DNA of 64,000 nucleotides, taken from positions 4,836,001-4,900,000 of the forward strand of contig OZ365118.1 of assembly GCA_977030845.1 (NCBI GenBank), read 5' to 3'. The translations under genes were made by a program, and so were the position numbers. The DNA is from Fimbriosthenelais zetlandica. Its lineage: Eukaryota. Each line of letters opens with the position of its first letter. The first letter of the stretch is position 1. This document shows, piece after piece, positions 12,801-24,882 of this stretch. The notes under the pieces are model-generated. The model worked only from the letters and a program-made list of their open reading frames with translations. It searched no databases and was not told the origin of the DNA.

Positions 12801-12857
12801 CTCACGTGACCCCAACCCTCACCGGAAGTACCCCCGCGAGGTCAGGTCATCATGTGA
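12801..12857. promoter_or_regulatory. E-box/CLEAR, ETS, nuclear receptor and M-box cluster
   Basis: TCACGTGA 12802-12809, ACCGGAAGT 12821-12829, GAGGTCAGGTCA 12838-12849, TCATGTGA 12850-12857. Confidence 0.4.
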
Positions 12858-14284
12858 GCACAATCACACATTTCCGGTGCAGAACTCCCCCTAACGGTTA
12901 TATTGGCTATTAATGGTACACTGTTAAATTATACTGTAAAATAACTAAGACTGCGAAGTAGAATCCAAGATCGATGGAAATCTGTGGAATATAATTCTCG
13001 ATTTTTGCCTCGATGTCTGCTTGAGTTCTTGATATTACTCCACTTGGTTTTAAAAAGGCTAATTAAATGGGAGTCTGAAATGCTGAATCTTCATCTGTCT
13101 TTGACAATTTATGCTTGTTGTCTGGAGAGTAAAATCAGTGGATAATGGATGGAAATTAAAACATATACCATGAAGATCGCCGCTCGAATGTTCAATTAAT
13201 TTGAAACTTTGAATTGATATTTTCAAAAAGTGACAATGATATTTTAATTTTGGAAGGTCAATGTAAATATCAGGGTGAGAAATAAGAGTGTGGAGTGATG
13301 GAGGGCCCTCTCAATCATTAAATATGAATCCACGCCACCTGCGCACCTTCCGATGATAGATCATTCCTTACTGATTAAATTATTGTTTTCAAGTCATCCT
13401 TTTTTTTCTTTCGTGATGAACGAATGCTGAGTTCAAAAATGACGAAGGAAATTTAATTGCAAGATGCATCAGAGCGTTTTGATTACAAATGAAAGGTTTT
13501 AATGTAATGTTTTACTTTGGAACTTATGTGATCTTTTGAGTGCATCAAATCTTGAAATTACGATGTTATTTCTTGCGCTTAAATTGTATTTTAATCCATT
13601 TTATCCCCATTAATAAGTTCCCATGGAGCAGTCTCCTGCAATTTCTGACAAATTCATATAGCCTCTTTATCCAACTAATATATCCAATTAATATAATGAT
13701 ATAACATATATCAATATAGGCCATTACATATATCAATATAGGCCATTTACTATTTGTTACTCAGAGCTGAGTTGATGTAGTCACGTGGCATGCATGTATG
13801 TACTGGTAGGGTAAATGGTTGGGGGTTACTTGTTTGCAGGTCATTGGCCTCTACCAGTGCACTAGGGTCAGGGCTTTCTGGAGAGGCCGAGAAACATGTG
13901 TGACCTTTGGTAATATATTTGACATACCAGGAAACCCACTTGTTGTGACAGGGACGCCCCAGGAACTGCAAAACCAAATATTATAAGCCATAAAGTGGGG
14001 CAATACATATTGCCAGGGGGCGGTGTTAGTCGGGTTGTAGCTATACGGGTGCTTGGCCGCTTATTCAGCAATAGCAAGTGTGAATACGAATAAGGCAAAT
14101 TTCGATGATATTTTTTAGGAAAACTTTGAAAAGCTTCTAGATTTTCTCCCAAAGGTCATGAATGTCTACTACAAGCACTTTATTCCCTCAGCCTTTTGGG
14201 TATCGAATCTTAAACGTTTGCTGAACCCAGCCCCCAATTTGTAACATACATTCCCACTTCCCATCACTTCCTACAAGAGACGGT

Positions 14285-14479
14285 CAAAGAAAAGTATCAC
14301 TTATGTCTGCTATAATAGGAATGGACTTGTAGGCAGATGTTAGTAGTCAACCCATTAGCCTATAAATTACACGAGTTTACCCCTTAGATCCTATCCTGGC
14401 TTGAACCCCATAAACCCAGCTTCATGACAGATTGGTGAAATATTAAAATTTTCGCATCCATAAGTGATACTTTTCTTTG
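14285..14479. mobile_element. Small element bounded by a perfect 21-bp inverted repeat (MITE-like)
   Basis: CAAAGAAAAGTATCACTTATG (14285-14305) and CATAAGTGATACTTTTCTTTG (14459-14479). No clear TSD. Confidence 0.5.
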
Positions 14480-14598
14480 GTGGTATTTCATCATTTATAC
14501 CAAAGGAAATTAGATCCTAACTGGCCATCTTTGTTGGAGAAAAGATTTTTGTCCTGCTTGAAGGTTTGAGTTATTGGCAAATATATCATTTATTGCAG

Positions 14599-14638
14599 AC
14601 TCTTTGAAATTTGGACTCAATTATAAGCGTTTGGCATG
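14599..14638 (+). other. Candidate 40-nt exon
   Basis: tcatttattgcag| ... ATG|gtaaat. Open only in phase 1->2 (SLKFGLNYKRLA), compatible with the exon at 24858. Confidence 0.3.
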
Positions 14639-14802
14639 GTAAATTGATGGCCTTTCACAAATGTTTCAGGGTCAAGAACATTTGAATTTTTCCAGGCCTG
14701 GAATGAAAATAATTAAATTGAAATAAAACCCATATATCATAGGCTGTTTAGGGCTTAATTGAACAGGTCTGTCCTTCCGAGAATTCACCAGTGACATTCT
14801 TA

Positions 14803-15013
14803 AGCTTGGAATACACTAATCCGATTCTCTATCCGGCTCCATCCGATAGCTGTCAGAAACTATATTTATATTCAAACCAAATGCTTGTAATTTGAACAGA
14901 TCTTTACACCTAAGTAAGGCTAACCACTGACATAATTTCAATCATTGGATCTCATTAGAAATAGGTTATCGGATAGCGACGGATTGGAGAATCGGATTTG
15001 TGTATTCCAGGCT
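14803..15013 (+). mobile_element. MITE family 2 (Tourist/PIF-Harbinger-like), copy a
   Basis: TIRs AGC(C/T)TGGAATACACTAATCCGATTCTC...GAGAATCGGATT(A/T)GTGTATTCCAGGCT; TTA/TTA duplication. Confidence 0.9.
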
Positions 15014-17478
15014 TTATGAAATAACTATGACAGCTTCAATATGGACTGTTTTCGTCAGACTTTCACGCCATGTTTGCTTGAGATGGACCTTGTCTGAAGC
15101 TCAGGTGTTCCATATACACCATAATTTACCTGATAGACATTTGATGTCTGGTTCGTGATAGAGATGAAGTTGTTTACTAGTAACCCTGTCTAGGTAAAAC
15201 ACGATCAGAGCATAAAAACAATTTGTATTCTTGTTATTGTCACCTCCTTCAGCGTTTATCAAAGGGTTTGCATATACATGTATCTGTCCCCCAGCCAGAC
15301 TGTCTGCCTCCCTGCACTCCCGGCAAACATTTCACCGCCCCTGTCCCCGAGTTCAATCGCAGAAACATCTCTCACTGCCAAGACTATTGAACACCTTGTT
15401 GTCGATCAGGAATATGAGTATCAAACTTTGGTCACAACAAAAGATGTTTTTTGGCTAGGATTATAAGATTTTGTACTTTTAACAGATCTCCCTAGTCAGG
15501 GAAAAGATAGTGAAGCTGATGATGCTCTTGTCTCCCCGTATTTGGTCCAATCTTTAAATGTTGCCAGGGGCAACAATGACCTACCCAGTCACTCCCCCCA
15601 TCCATTCTACTGTCGTCTCATCTCAGCGACGATTCAGGTTTAATATGATTGAACTTTATTACAGCAAAAATGATTTAATTTGACATTTAAAAGTTTATTT
15701 TATGCATCAATTTTTGAATCTCGAATCGTATCTTTTCTGGTGCTTTTTCGAGTTAATATTTGCAAAGTTCTCTCATTTTTCATTTCATCCTAAAGTTCAG
15801 TGAGTAACAAACTTGATAGTAGGTTATGTGCGACATGTTATGTGAATGTTATTGCCTACATTTGTAGCTAAACTCCATATAAAGGATGTGCCATGACTGT
15901 TTACCCTACCCTGACTGTACCTATAATTGCCTGCTGACCCAATGCCACACATTGTGAAGCACTATTTTTATAAGCTACATTACAATAGTGGTTGGTGGTT
16001 GGGACAAAGAATAGAAACAGTAAAGCAGATAGAATGCATGCCTTGCAATGTAAAGCAGCTACATTTCAAAGAGGGAAAGTGAAATAACAAATAGCTCATA
16101 TGGCACTTTTCTTGACCTGCCAATGTTGGTATTTCTTCCAATTATTGCTCGGAATCTTTGTCAGGCCCATCTTCTATACATTTGTATTATAGACGCTGCG
16201 ACTACTGTTCTAAGGACATAAAGGTCACAGCCCCTGGAGGAGTAACCTCCGATCGGCTCCAGTCAGTCTCATGGCCTAGTAAAGCTGGGTGTTGGTTTAT
16301 ATAGGGGGCGGGGGCATGGCAATCAAGATAGCCTTTAATCACTAGCTTTAAAGGACTCTTTAATCTCAATACAGTCCTTGATACAAGTATTTCCTTGACT
16401 TAACTGAAGACTTGACGATCGTCCAACATACGATGACATGGAAAGGGTGTGTACATGCATTCTTGACGTTTCTACCTTTAGTGTTCTTTTCCGAGGTAAA
16501 TTGTTCCTCAATAAATAGTTTTAAAGAGAAATTTTTATTTAGGATATTGAAACAGCGATTTATAAGGGTTATATAGGCTCACGGGGCACAATGTATGTGG
16601 CCATGGTATTCTGCCTATTGCTGTTTTTCTAGGTGCAGACTAAGTGGGAGGTGTGTAGAGTGGGTTAGTAGAAAGATTGAGATTGTTAGTTTAAAATAGT
16701 TTTTATTTTAAAGATATTTTGAAATGATCCCGCATTGACAGGACATAAGTTGTACGGGTTGGGTAGAGATGGGTATATTATTGCAAACCCTTACACAAAG
16801 AGACATAAAAGTACATTCATATAGACATAAAGCCTCGCTACACAGCTGTGGAGATGGGCTAGTTGTAACATCTGTTTGGGTACAACATTTATGCTGATTG
16901 CCCTACCAGCTCCATAGAGACCTTCTCGCGGGGTAAGGTACCTTGGCTCTCAGCACACCTTTTCTATCTTTAACCAGGTAGGCCTTATACTGCAGAGAAC
17001 CACCTGTCTTAAGGATTCCCTGGTTCTCCCTTACCTGTGGGAAATGTAACCATATTTCCAACTTTTACAACTCAAAGGCTTTGATTTTAGGATATTTTTG
17101 AGAAGTCACTAAAGCAATTTATGGCCCCTTTCGGATTGACTTATCTTTAATTGTAGCTTTTGAATTGACTTTTTGTCTTAGTTTTTTGTTGAGAAACACA
17201 TTTTCTGACCAAATTTAGAAAGGTGGCTTATAGTTGAACTGGCAACCTAATGAACCTTCCTTTCTAGATTTACAACCCTGTTCCAAGACACACCCCGAAA
17301 GTGATCCCAATTATAGACAATCTTCATGTACATCTTGGTCCATGGCTCGCGTCCAAAACCAATGAGATCTTGTAAATCAATAGCGCTTGGACTTAATGAT
17401 AGACTCCTATAGGAAGATAACTAGGGTGAGCTTCACCGCTTTAATCCATTATTGATTAAGCTGCTTTTAATACCTCAC

Positions 17479-17822
17479 CTAGACTTTCCACAAGGCTATT
17501 CCAAATCTGGGTTTTATTTAAATTTCATTTTCTTTTATTCATGCATCTTGGGTGAAATTTATATATTACTCACGTATTATATAGAGCCATATGAGTCAGT
17601 TAATATTTGTCAGCAGTTTCGCTGCTATTTCAAGGTAAGAAGGAAACAAACTATCAGCACACAATTGCCTGCTCTTCTAGACTTTCCACCAGAATTTCAT
17701 ACACCTGCATCTTAGGTGAAATTTTTATACTACTCACATATAGAGCCATATGAGTGAATGAATATTTGTCTCAAGACAAAAAGGAAACAAACTGTCGTCG
17801 CACAATTGTCTGCTCTTCTAGA
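17479..17822. repeat. Imperfect tandem duplication with internal indels
   Basis: ctagactttccac...tgcatctt.ggtgaaattt...tatagagccatatgagt...aggaaacaaact...cacaattg.ctgctcttctaga twice. Confidence 0.8.
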
Positions 17823-18144
17823 GCCTCCAGACTATCATAAGTAGAACCATCTCATTATTCTATATCTAGTACTGTATAGATTGGCGCAGCCTACTCTTGT
17901 CCAATATCCCTCAACTCAGGGTTGTTTGGCTAGCGTTTGGCGTCGGGACATTGCATGTGTAGCCGTGAACCCCTATTACCGCCCACCCACCACCGGAAGT
18001 GCTCTCATGTGCTGGAAGTCATCATCTGCCTTCACCTGTGCCGGCGCCGGGAGTCTGCAGGCAGGATGGGCTGGGCAAACCCAGCGCCAAGTCCTCCATT
18101 CATTCCCTACCCATCCCACACCTAAACCATGGCAACGCCCGCAG

Positions 18145-18400
18145 CTATCATGCTCTGTCACATCATTAGAGAACTCCATTGGAATCATGGATAGCCAGAA
18201 CCTCTTTTTATCCTTGAAAGGCATGGCTATGGAAAAGATTCTTGCTATGGAATTTTTATTTTAAAAAAATCGAAAAATTGTAGCTCACTTATCACTTATG
18301 CTCTGTCAAATCATTAGAAAATTCCATTAGAATCATGGAGAACCAGTTTTGTCCAGAACCCCTTTGAAAGGCAGGTATATATGGGAACGATTCTTGCCTT
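18145..18400. repeat. Imperfect tandem duplication, 2 x ~150 bp
   Basis: atgctctgtca.atcattaga.aa.tccatt.gaatcatgga...ccagaacc...ttgaaaggca...atgg.a..gattcttgc twice. Confidence 0.8.
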
Positions 18401-18952
18401 AAAATTCAGTTCACTGAAACATAATCTTCCTGGTAAAATGAACGAAATATTGTGGCTCTGATATAAACGCATTCCTATACCTTTTCATGTTTTACTTTGA
18501 AGGAAGCACTTCTCACATATCTATGGTAATCTATATATTCATAGATATATCAATAACTGTTCTATTAATGTACAGTGTTATTTATATCATCGAGTAGGGC
18601 CCTAGATGTACGAGGTAAGGGCAAGTGTCTGTCTGAGGCAACGTCTGGGACCTTAAACCACGCCGCCTGAGTGTCGGCACTATTGTCTTTGTAAATGTCA
18701 TGTCTGGAAGGTGCCATACAACATTGCCTGTCCTCACTGTCTGTCCCTATCCATTTCACTGTAATAACAACTTACAGACCCTGTCATTGCGTCCATGACT
18801 CCTGTATCTTTTTGATGTAGGGTTTGGATGTGAAACGGTCAGATCATAAACTATTGAGGGTATAATGCCTGTAGACATACTGGGGCCAGAGAGAGCAGGG
18901 AAGAAAGACACAGTGCATATAGTCGATTTATTTGGGCACATTTCAAGCTTTA

Positions 18953-19151
18953 TGCCTGGTCCACACAGAGGCGATTTGCCCCAGCGATGCAGAGCGATAG
19001 TGTATTTCTAGTCGCAACTAATGCTTGAAATTTTAAGTCCTTTAAATCTAGCTAAGGCTAACCACTGAGAAAATTACAAGCATTGGTTGTGACTAGAAAT
19101 ATACTATCGCTCTGCATCGCTTGGGGAAATTGCCTCTGTGTGGGCCCGGCA
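18953..19151. mobile_element. MITE family 3 (long fold-back arms; core shared with family 2)
   Basis: About 80-bp imperfect arms TGCCTGGTCCACACAGAGGCGATTTGCCCCAGCGATGCAGAGCGATAGTGTATTTCTAG... and the reverse complement; flanks TTA/TTT. Confidence 0.85.
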
Positions 19152-19643
19152 TTTAGGTGTTTTCAGAAAACAAAACTATCAGATATGTGCATCTGATAGC
19201 TGCAGTTATTTTGATTTGATTTTTACCTGGTCTTGTATTACATATCGCAGATAGGATATAGAATATAATTGTGAAGCCAAAGGGGAGCTCTCCTTTCCTG
19301 CTATATTAAAACTTTTAAACACTGCACAAGTGTCGCCTTCATTTCCATTTCATTTCCTGCCCTAAGGACAACGGGCGTGGATCGACTTCCTTTCAGAAAA
19401 TACTTTTTTCGATATCGTTGGTGTTGCATTCATGCATATGCACAACATAATACATTCTCACACTCAAGAACCTGAGTTGATATGCATATTTTCTATTTAT
19501 GAATTGTTTTTTTGTGAGCTAGACTTTTTGAATGCAAACAAGTATAAGCTTGGGTTATTTCCGAGCTTCTTGTGCTACGAAATTACGGTAGAAAGTTTTG
19601 AACATTTCAGTAGTGGAAAATGATTGAATCTGTTTAACAGCTC

Positions 19644-19724
19644 TGACAGGAGATGTGACTGTAAATGACAGGCGTTAATATGTTGTGTGACAGCTGAGTG
19701 ACAGCTGTCATTGAGATGTGTCAG
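19644..19724. promoter_or_regulatory. Homotypic TALE-homeodomain (Meis/TGIF/PKNOX-type) site cluster
   Basis: TGACAG at 19644, 19666, 19688 and 19699, CTGTCA at 19705, TGTCA at 19719. Confidence 0.5.
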
Positions 19725-20345
19725 TTTATGTCTGACCTTCATCAGTACGAGCCCCTCGCATGGCGGCCTCCATAAGTCCGCACCATGCCCCCCCCCCCCC
19801 CCCCCCCCGACCATGTCTACGTATCAACTGGCGCCGACTCCTGTTTCAAGGTTGCTGTCTGCTCCCACGACCGGCAATTGATTGAGATGAACGGGCGTCG
19901 GCGGCGGCGGGCCTGCCTTCAATGGTACGATCAATGGCTGTGCAGGTGCCATTCATGAATTTCTGGCTGGCACTGGGGGAAAGCGGTCAATTCCCGCCAT
20001 CGATAGACGCGGCCGACGCGCCACTCGGGGGGATGGACGTCGATTCATTAAAATCCTGACCTGGAATTTTCAACTCGCCATTAGTAGTACTCCACCAGCC
20101 ATGCCGCATGATCAAATTGTCATTCATGATTCGACGCTCTTTATTGCATTTAAGTGGTGATCCGTTCTGCAGTGGGATGGGCAAACCACTTGTTGGTATG
20201 GGGAAAGTGCGCTGAGAGGAAAGTTAGTCTGGGGCTTAGTCCAATTTTCTTATACTACTTACTCGGTGCTTATAGGGGAACTGGTATTCGAGGTAACTTT
20301 AAATGTTTAAAGAAGTTACCCGGGGATGTTTTGAGCTAAATGATA

Positions 20346-20440
20346 GATAGAATATATCCATTTAAAAGTGCAGTTCAAGATAGAATATCCATTTAAAAGT
20401 ACAGTTCAAGATAGAACATCCATTTAAATGTACAGTTCAA
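20346..20440. repeat. 31-bp tandem repeat x3
   Basis: gatagaatatccatttaaaagtacagttcaa. Confidence 0.9.
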
Positions 20441-21569
20441 ATCGCCTCTTCAAAATCAAGATGTGAAGTAGAAAAATGAGAATTGTGAATTCGGAATTCT
20501 CGAGATAAAGGTCTTTTATAAGACAGAGGGGGCATAGGTTCTTGGTTCATCTGCATGGAGCATACATAGAGTTTGCTGATTTATGTGCTGTAACTTCTCT
20601 ATTGTATATTTACATTTAAATATGCTTGATTTATATGTGCCTTTAGGATTTCTCCCAGCCTCCTTGTGAGAATCCATTCCTTGCTTTCCACCTTTTATTC
20701 GCAGCACTCATTTCTCACCACATACGGAGCCTGGCCATCCCTGCGCAGGTCATTTATTTGAGACACTGTTCTATTTATATTTCATACTAAGAGTTATGAA
20801 ACAGCCGTGAATAAGTTCAGAAAGGCCACGGGGGAAACACACTAGTGTATAATAAGCCAATATATGTGAGCTTCCAAGTTGTATGAGGAAGACATGCACA
20901 AGAGCCGAGGTTCAGTGGGTGTATAATTTGTCATAGGGATTACCCGCTCATTTGTCTGAACAAATACCAGTATTCCCCGGCGAATAATTTAACAACAAGC
21001 GTCTGTGGTTAGGAAATGATGGATATGTTTTGCATATCATTTGGCAGAGTTCCTTCTGTAGGTGAAGGATGAGTTTGGTATGAATGTCATTAGTTATTTG
21101 TGCTGTGAGGGTGGCTGTGTTTTCATAGCGGGATTTTGTTTTCTCACTGGGTGTCTTGCCTCATCAGATACCATCTATCTTCTACATGTGGTTATTGTGA
21201 TGTGAGGGTATATACTGAAGTAAAGCCACCTCCCAATGCTACCCACCTTTCTTATTGCACCTTATTATACTGGCTGAAAGAGTTGGTTACCATGAGACAA
21301 AGCTGATGGCGCTTTGAGGAAAGTAAGTGGGCGGAGGATTGAATTGCACATCATTTGTTATGGAAGAAGCTTTTATTTGAGGGATTGCTTTTGGAGGTGT
21401 TCTCTCCAATTGCTACTTTATGAGAGCATATGGAAGCTTGAATTTTTAAGCAAGCTCGTTCTCAGTTTAGAATGTTGTGATACTAGCATTGCTTTGATAT
21501 CTGAAGAGGAGTTTTGATGAGGAAAGTGGTCTTATAATAGAGCTCCTCTCAGACTCAAAGGATTTGCGA

Positions 21570-21795
21570 ATCTTGCGATTCTCTTTTGGAATTTTTTCCT
21601 TGCGACTCGATGACTATATATAGAGTCGCATATAGATTAGCGATCATAAATTTAGATGTAGTCGCCAAGTCTCAAGCGACGCCCTTGCGACTCAATTAAG
21701 CAACATCAGAACTAGCTTCTGAACGACCCTTGTGTCCTACAGATGCTAGTCGCAACTGAAAAATCGCAGAGAAAAATCGCAAGATTTGTACATAT
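21570..21795. mobile_element. Degenerate MITE-like element
   Basis: AATCTTGCGATT near 21570 and AATCGCAAGATT near 21776, with internal TTGCGACT/AGTCGCAA repeats. One end is eroded. Confidence 0.4.
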
Positions 21796-22105
21796 GGGAG
21801 TATGATGAGGGAGCAGGCAGAGCTGAGCTGGCTGTTTATCCTCTGAGATTTATCCCAGGGTCAGCCTAGCCTGGCGGCATGCTGCACATTTACTCATGAC
21901 AGTGATACCTCTCTCTTCACTCGCCTCATCTCTCTCACCATACATCCCTCACATTACTGATTTTATTCATATCTGTAGTCTTTACTTTGATATGAGGTAT
22001 CATTCATATATATGTCTCCCGTCCATATCTTGATCACTTATATCCCAGCCCGCATTTCATCATTATATAATGTTATTTAATGCTATTATCTTATTATCTC
22101 TAATA

Positions 22106-22296
22106 TTTCTGGAATTTTGATTTTTCTGGAATTTCAGCAAGATTTTGGCTTTATATATATTGCCACTTGTCTTCACTTCATCAGAGTGTACTGTTATTTA
22201 ATACAGCATCTTATTATTTCGGATGTTTCTGGAATTTTGTTATTTCTGGAATTTGAGCAAGATTTTGGCTTCTTATATATTACTACTTGTCTTCAC
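22106..22296. repeat. Imperfect tandem duplication, 2 x ~120 bp
   Basis: tttctggaattttg.t.tttctggaattt.agcaagattttggctt..tatatatt.c.acttgtcttcac twice. Confidence 0.85.
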
Positions 22297-23934
22297 CAAT
22301 CTGTGCAATCGTCCAAATAAGCATTGGTGCAGTGATCACTTCATCTGATGCTAGTCTGACCAGCAGTCGTACCAATATACATACAGAATGAGCCTTCACC
22401 CCTCTATTTGATTTATATATAGAGTGTTCCATATACTCACATATCGATCATAATATCGTCTGAGCTTCTCTATGGCAGTCATGCAAGTATTACATCAGGG
22501 TGTTGAAATGGGACCAGAAGCAGATGTCATTTTGTCTGCCCAGACTTTGAGAAATAATACACGTAGTAAGAACTGGTGCACATAAGATGTGCTTTCTTTG
22601 CCTTTATGTCGTCCTTGCTCCGAAAAAAAATGCAGATTATTTCACTGAAGGAAGGAGTTTTGCAAGCTAAGTGAGAAAACTCGGACTTATAACTTGAACA
22701 TTGGAGGTATTTATTGGGATTCCAATGCTCTGGCAGTGTGCTGCATTGGTGGTAAAATATGCAAGTCATCGATGGCCTAATTAAGATTTGAGCCCACTCA
22801 GCATGCTTAAAGGGCTTGTGCAGAGCATCCAGCCATTGGGCTGCTGCTGCTACTGCAACTCCCGACAGGAAATTTTACAATTAGTATTTCATTGGGATGA
22901 AATTGATTAAATTGACTGAGTGGATGAAATTCATCCGTCAGGGTGGATGTAGAAAATGCAGGTTCACATGACGTGTCTACCATCTACAATTCACCAGCCG
23001 GGATAGGCTGGGTCTGCGGCCTTGTATTAGTGGGCGCTTTATGATCCACTGAGCAGCTAAAGATGGCTCTAAATCACGCGTAATCTCTGGAATGTTTGGA
23101 TTATTCGCCCGCTCTAGACACATAAATCACCAGCTATTTTCTGAATCGGCTCCTTAATCATTCCTGAAATTGGACCAATCAGCGATGTCCAAATGCATGT
23201 CTGCGGAGGGCCAGGATTCGCCCCGCAGCTTGATGTGTGGCTGGAATGAACCCGAGGCCAAGAGCAATGAATCTGGCTTTAAAAGATTTATATTAAAAGG
23301 GGGAAATAATGTGCGGAGATGTATTCATTCCTCTGACCGTATGTGTTACAATTCCGCAGTTGGTTATTGTGGGGCTTTCAGCATCTGAACATCAACTTCT
23401 ATTTGAGCTGGCTTAATGTGCGACCACTGTTTGCCAGAGCCATGATTCATAATTCCCATGTTTTTGTTGAGAGATGGAAACTTTCCATTCTCCCATATTT
23501 AAACAGAGCATGAAACAGAGAGCTGAATCTGTTACTAACAAATCCCACACAGGTCTTGTAGACATTGCTTTAGCTAAATACATTCTTTTTAAACATATGA
23601 GGAAAGTCTCTTGACAGTTGTCCCTTGCCATTTATCTTCAATTTGTGACAAATCACATTCCACATTAGCATCTATTCTGGTCATAATTCAAGCAAAAATG
23701 AGAGAGGAGGATTTTTGAGTAGGCCACCTGTTAGTAGACAGTGGGGTGATGGATCGGAGGCTGGGGGGAGCGGCAGGAATATGAACGTCTTCCAGATTTT
23801 ATAAAATCTCGTCTGTGATGAGACTTGGCAGTTGGCCAAAACCAACACGTCTGAGAGGGATGCTTTTATTCCTTAAGGCTGAGGCTGTCTGTCTATGGTA
23901 GCTGTCTATCGGGACTGTATATAAGGGTTGTATA

Positions 23935-24227
23935 TTGATTCATTGTTTGAATGAGGTTTAACTCATTTACAACAATATTACATTGTATATCAGTTATATC
24001 AGTTACAATGAATATCATGACGGTGCCTACTTGTGACAGTGAGCCCAATACTCTTTTATAGTGCTGTCTCACTGAGGTATCATGCCGCAAGCACCTGACA
24101 TGATACCTCACCCAGTCACATTATACTGACACCGGGTTGACCAGTCCTAGTACTGCCCTATTTTTGCTGAATGCCAAGCGAGGGAGCCACTAGTACCATT
24201 TTTTCTGTCGTTGGTATGACCCGGCCG
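23935..24227 (-). mobile_element. 5'-truncated SINE, resembling Meta-domain (MetaSINE/RUDI-like) SINEs
   Basis: The minus strand begins CGGCCGGGTCATACCAACGAC...AAAAATGGTACTAGTGGCTCCCTCGCTTGGCATTCAGCA, a central-domain sequence I recall from metazoan SINE2 families. It has an internal 11-bp stem GAGGTATCATG/CATGATACCTC and a simple-repeat-like tail. The tRNA head is missing. Confidence 0.65.
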
Positions 24228-24857
24228 CCTATGGGGACTTGTCTATGGGGACTTGTCTATGGTAGCTGTGACTGTCTATGGGGAATGTCTATGGTGGCTT
24301 CATCATACCCACTGCCTCTCTATTTTGTTCACCTCACCTCCCCTTTACCTACCTGTCACATCTTGTCTGGTCCACCTACAATACCAGACCAGCATGAGCC
24401 GCATGCTGCCAATGACTCCCACCCCCCCCCCCCACCCCCCCTCATCTGTCTCTCCCCTTATGGGTTTGTGGAGAGCATATTCTTCAATTTCCACCAGGCA
24501 TATTTGTTCATGAATGCAAGTTGGCCTGTCATCGAAGCTTGGGGCATTTTCTAATGGCTTCTTCTTCGGAAGGAATGCCTCGTAAAGAAAATCTCCTTTG
24601 TCTTTTATGGGGAGTGAAGAGGGACGGAGGAGGTTGTAAAAAGTCGTTTTATTTCACATCAACTGTCACAGAGATCATTTGATGATAGGATTGTTGTATT
24701 CATGTGCATTTTTTTGGATATAATAAAAGATTAAATGATTGTTAGATGCATGGATGCACAGATGCACTCAGAAAGTTACCTAATGAACCCACAAACGACC
24801 CAATTATCATAAACCTCTTTCTGGTTGTTTGTAATAAATTTTTGTTTTGTTTTGCAG

Positions 24858-24882
24858 GGCCTTTGGGAGATACCAGACTGAG
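24858..24882 (+). other. Candidate 25-nt microexon
   Basis: tttttgttttgttttgcag|GGCCTTTGGGAGATACCAGACTGAG|gtgagt, with near-consensus sites at both ends. Confidence 0.6.

Noticed and set aside
18776-18879. Minus-strand exon-like segment (pyrimidine tract, cag ... tct|gtaagt)
   Set aside because: It is isolated, I found no partner minus-strand exons of similar strength, and the peptide is unrecognisable. Not fully excluded.
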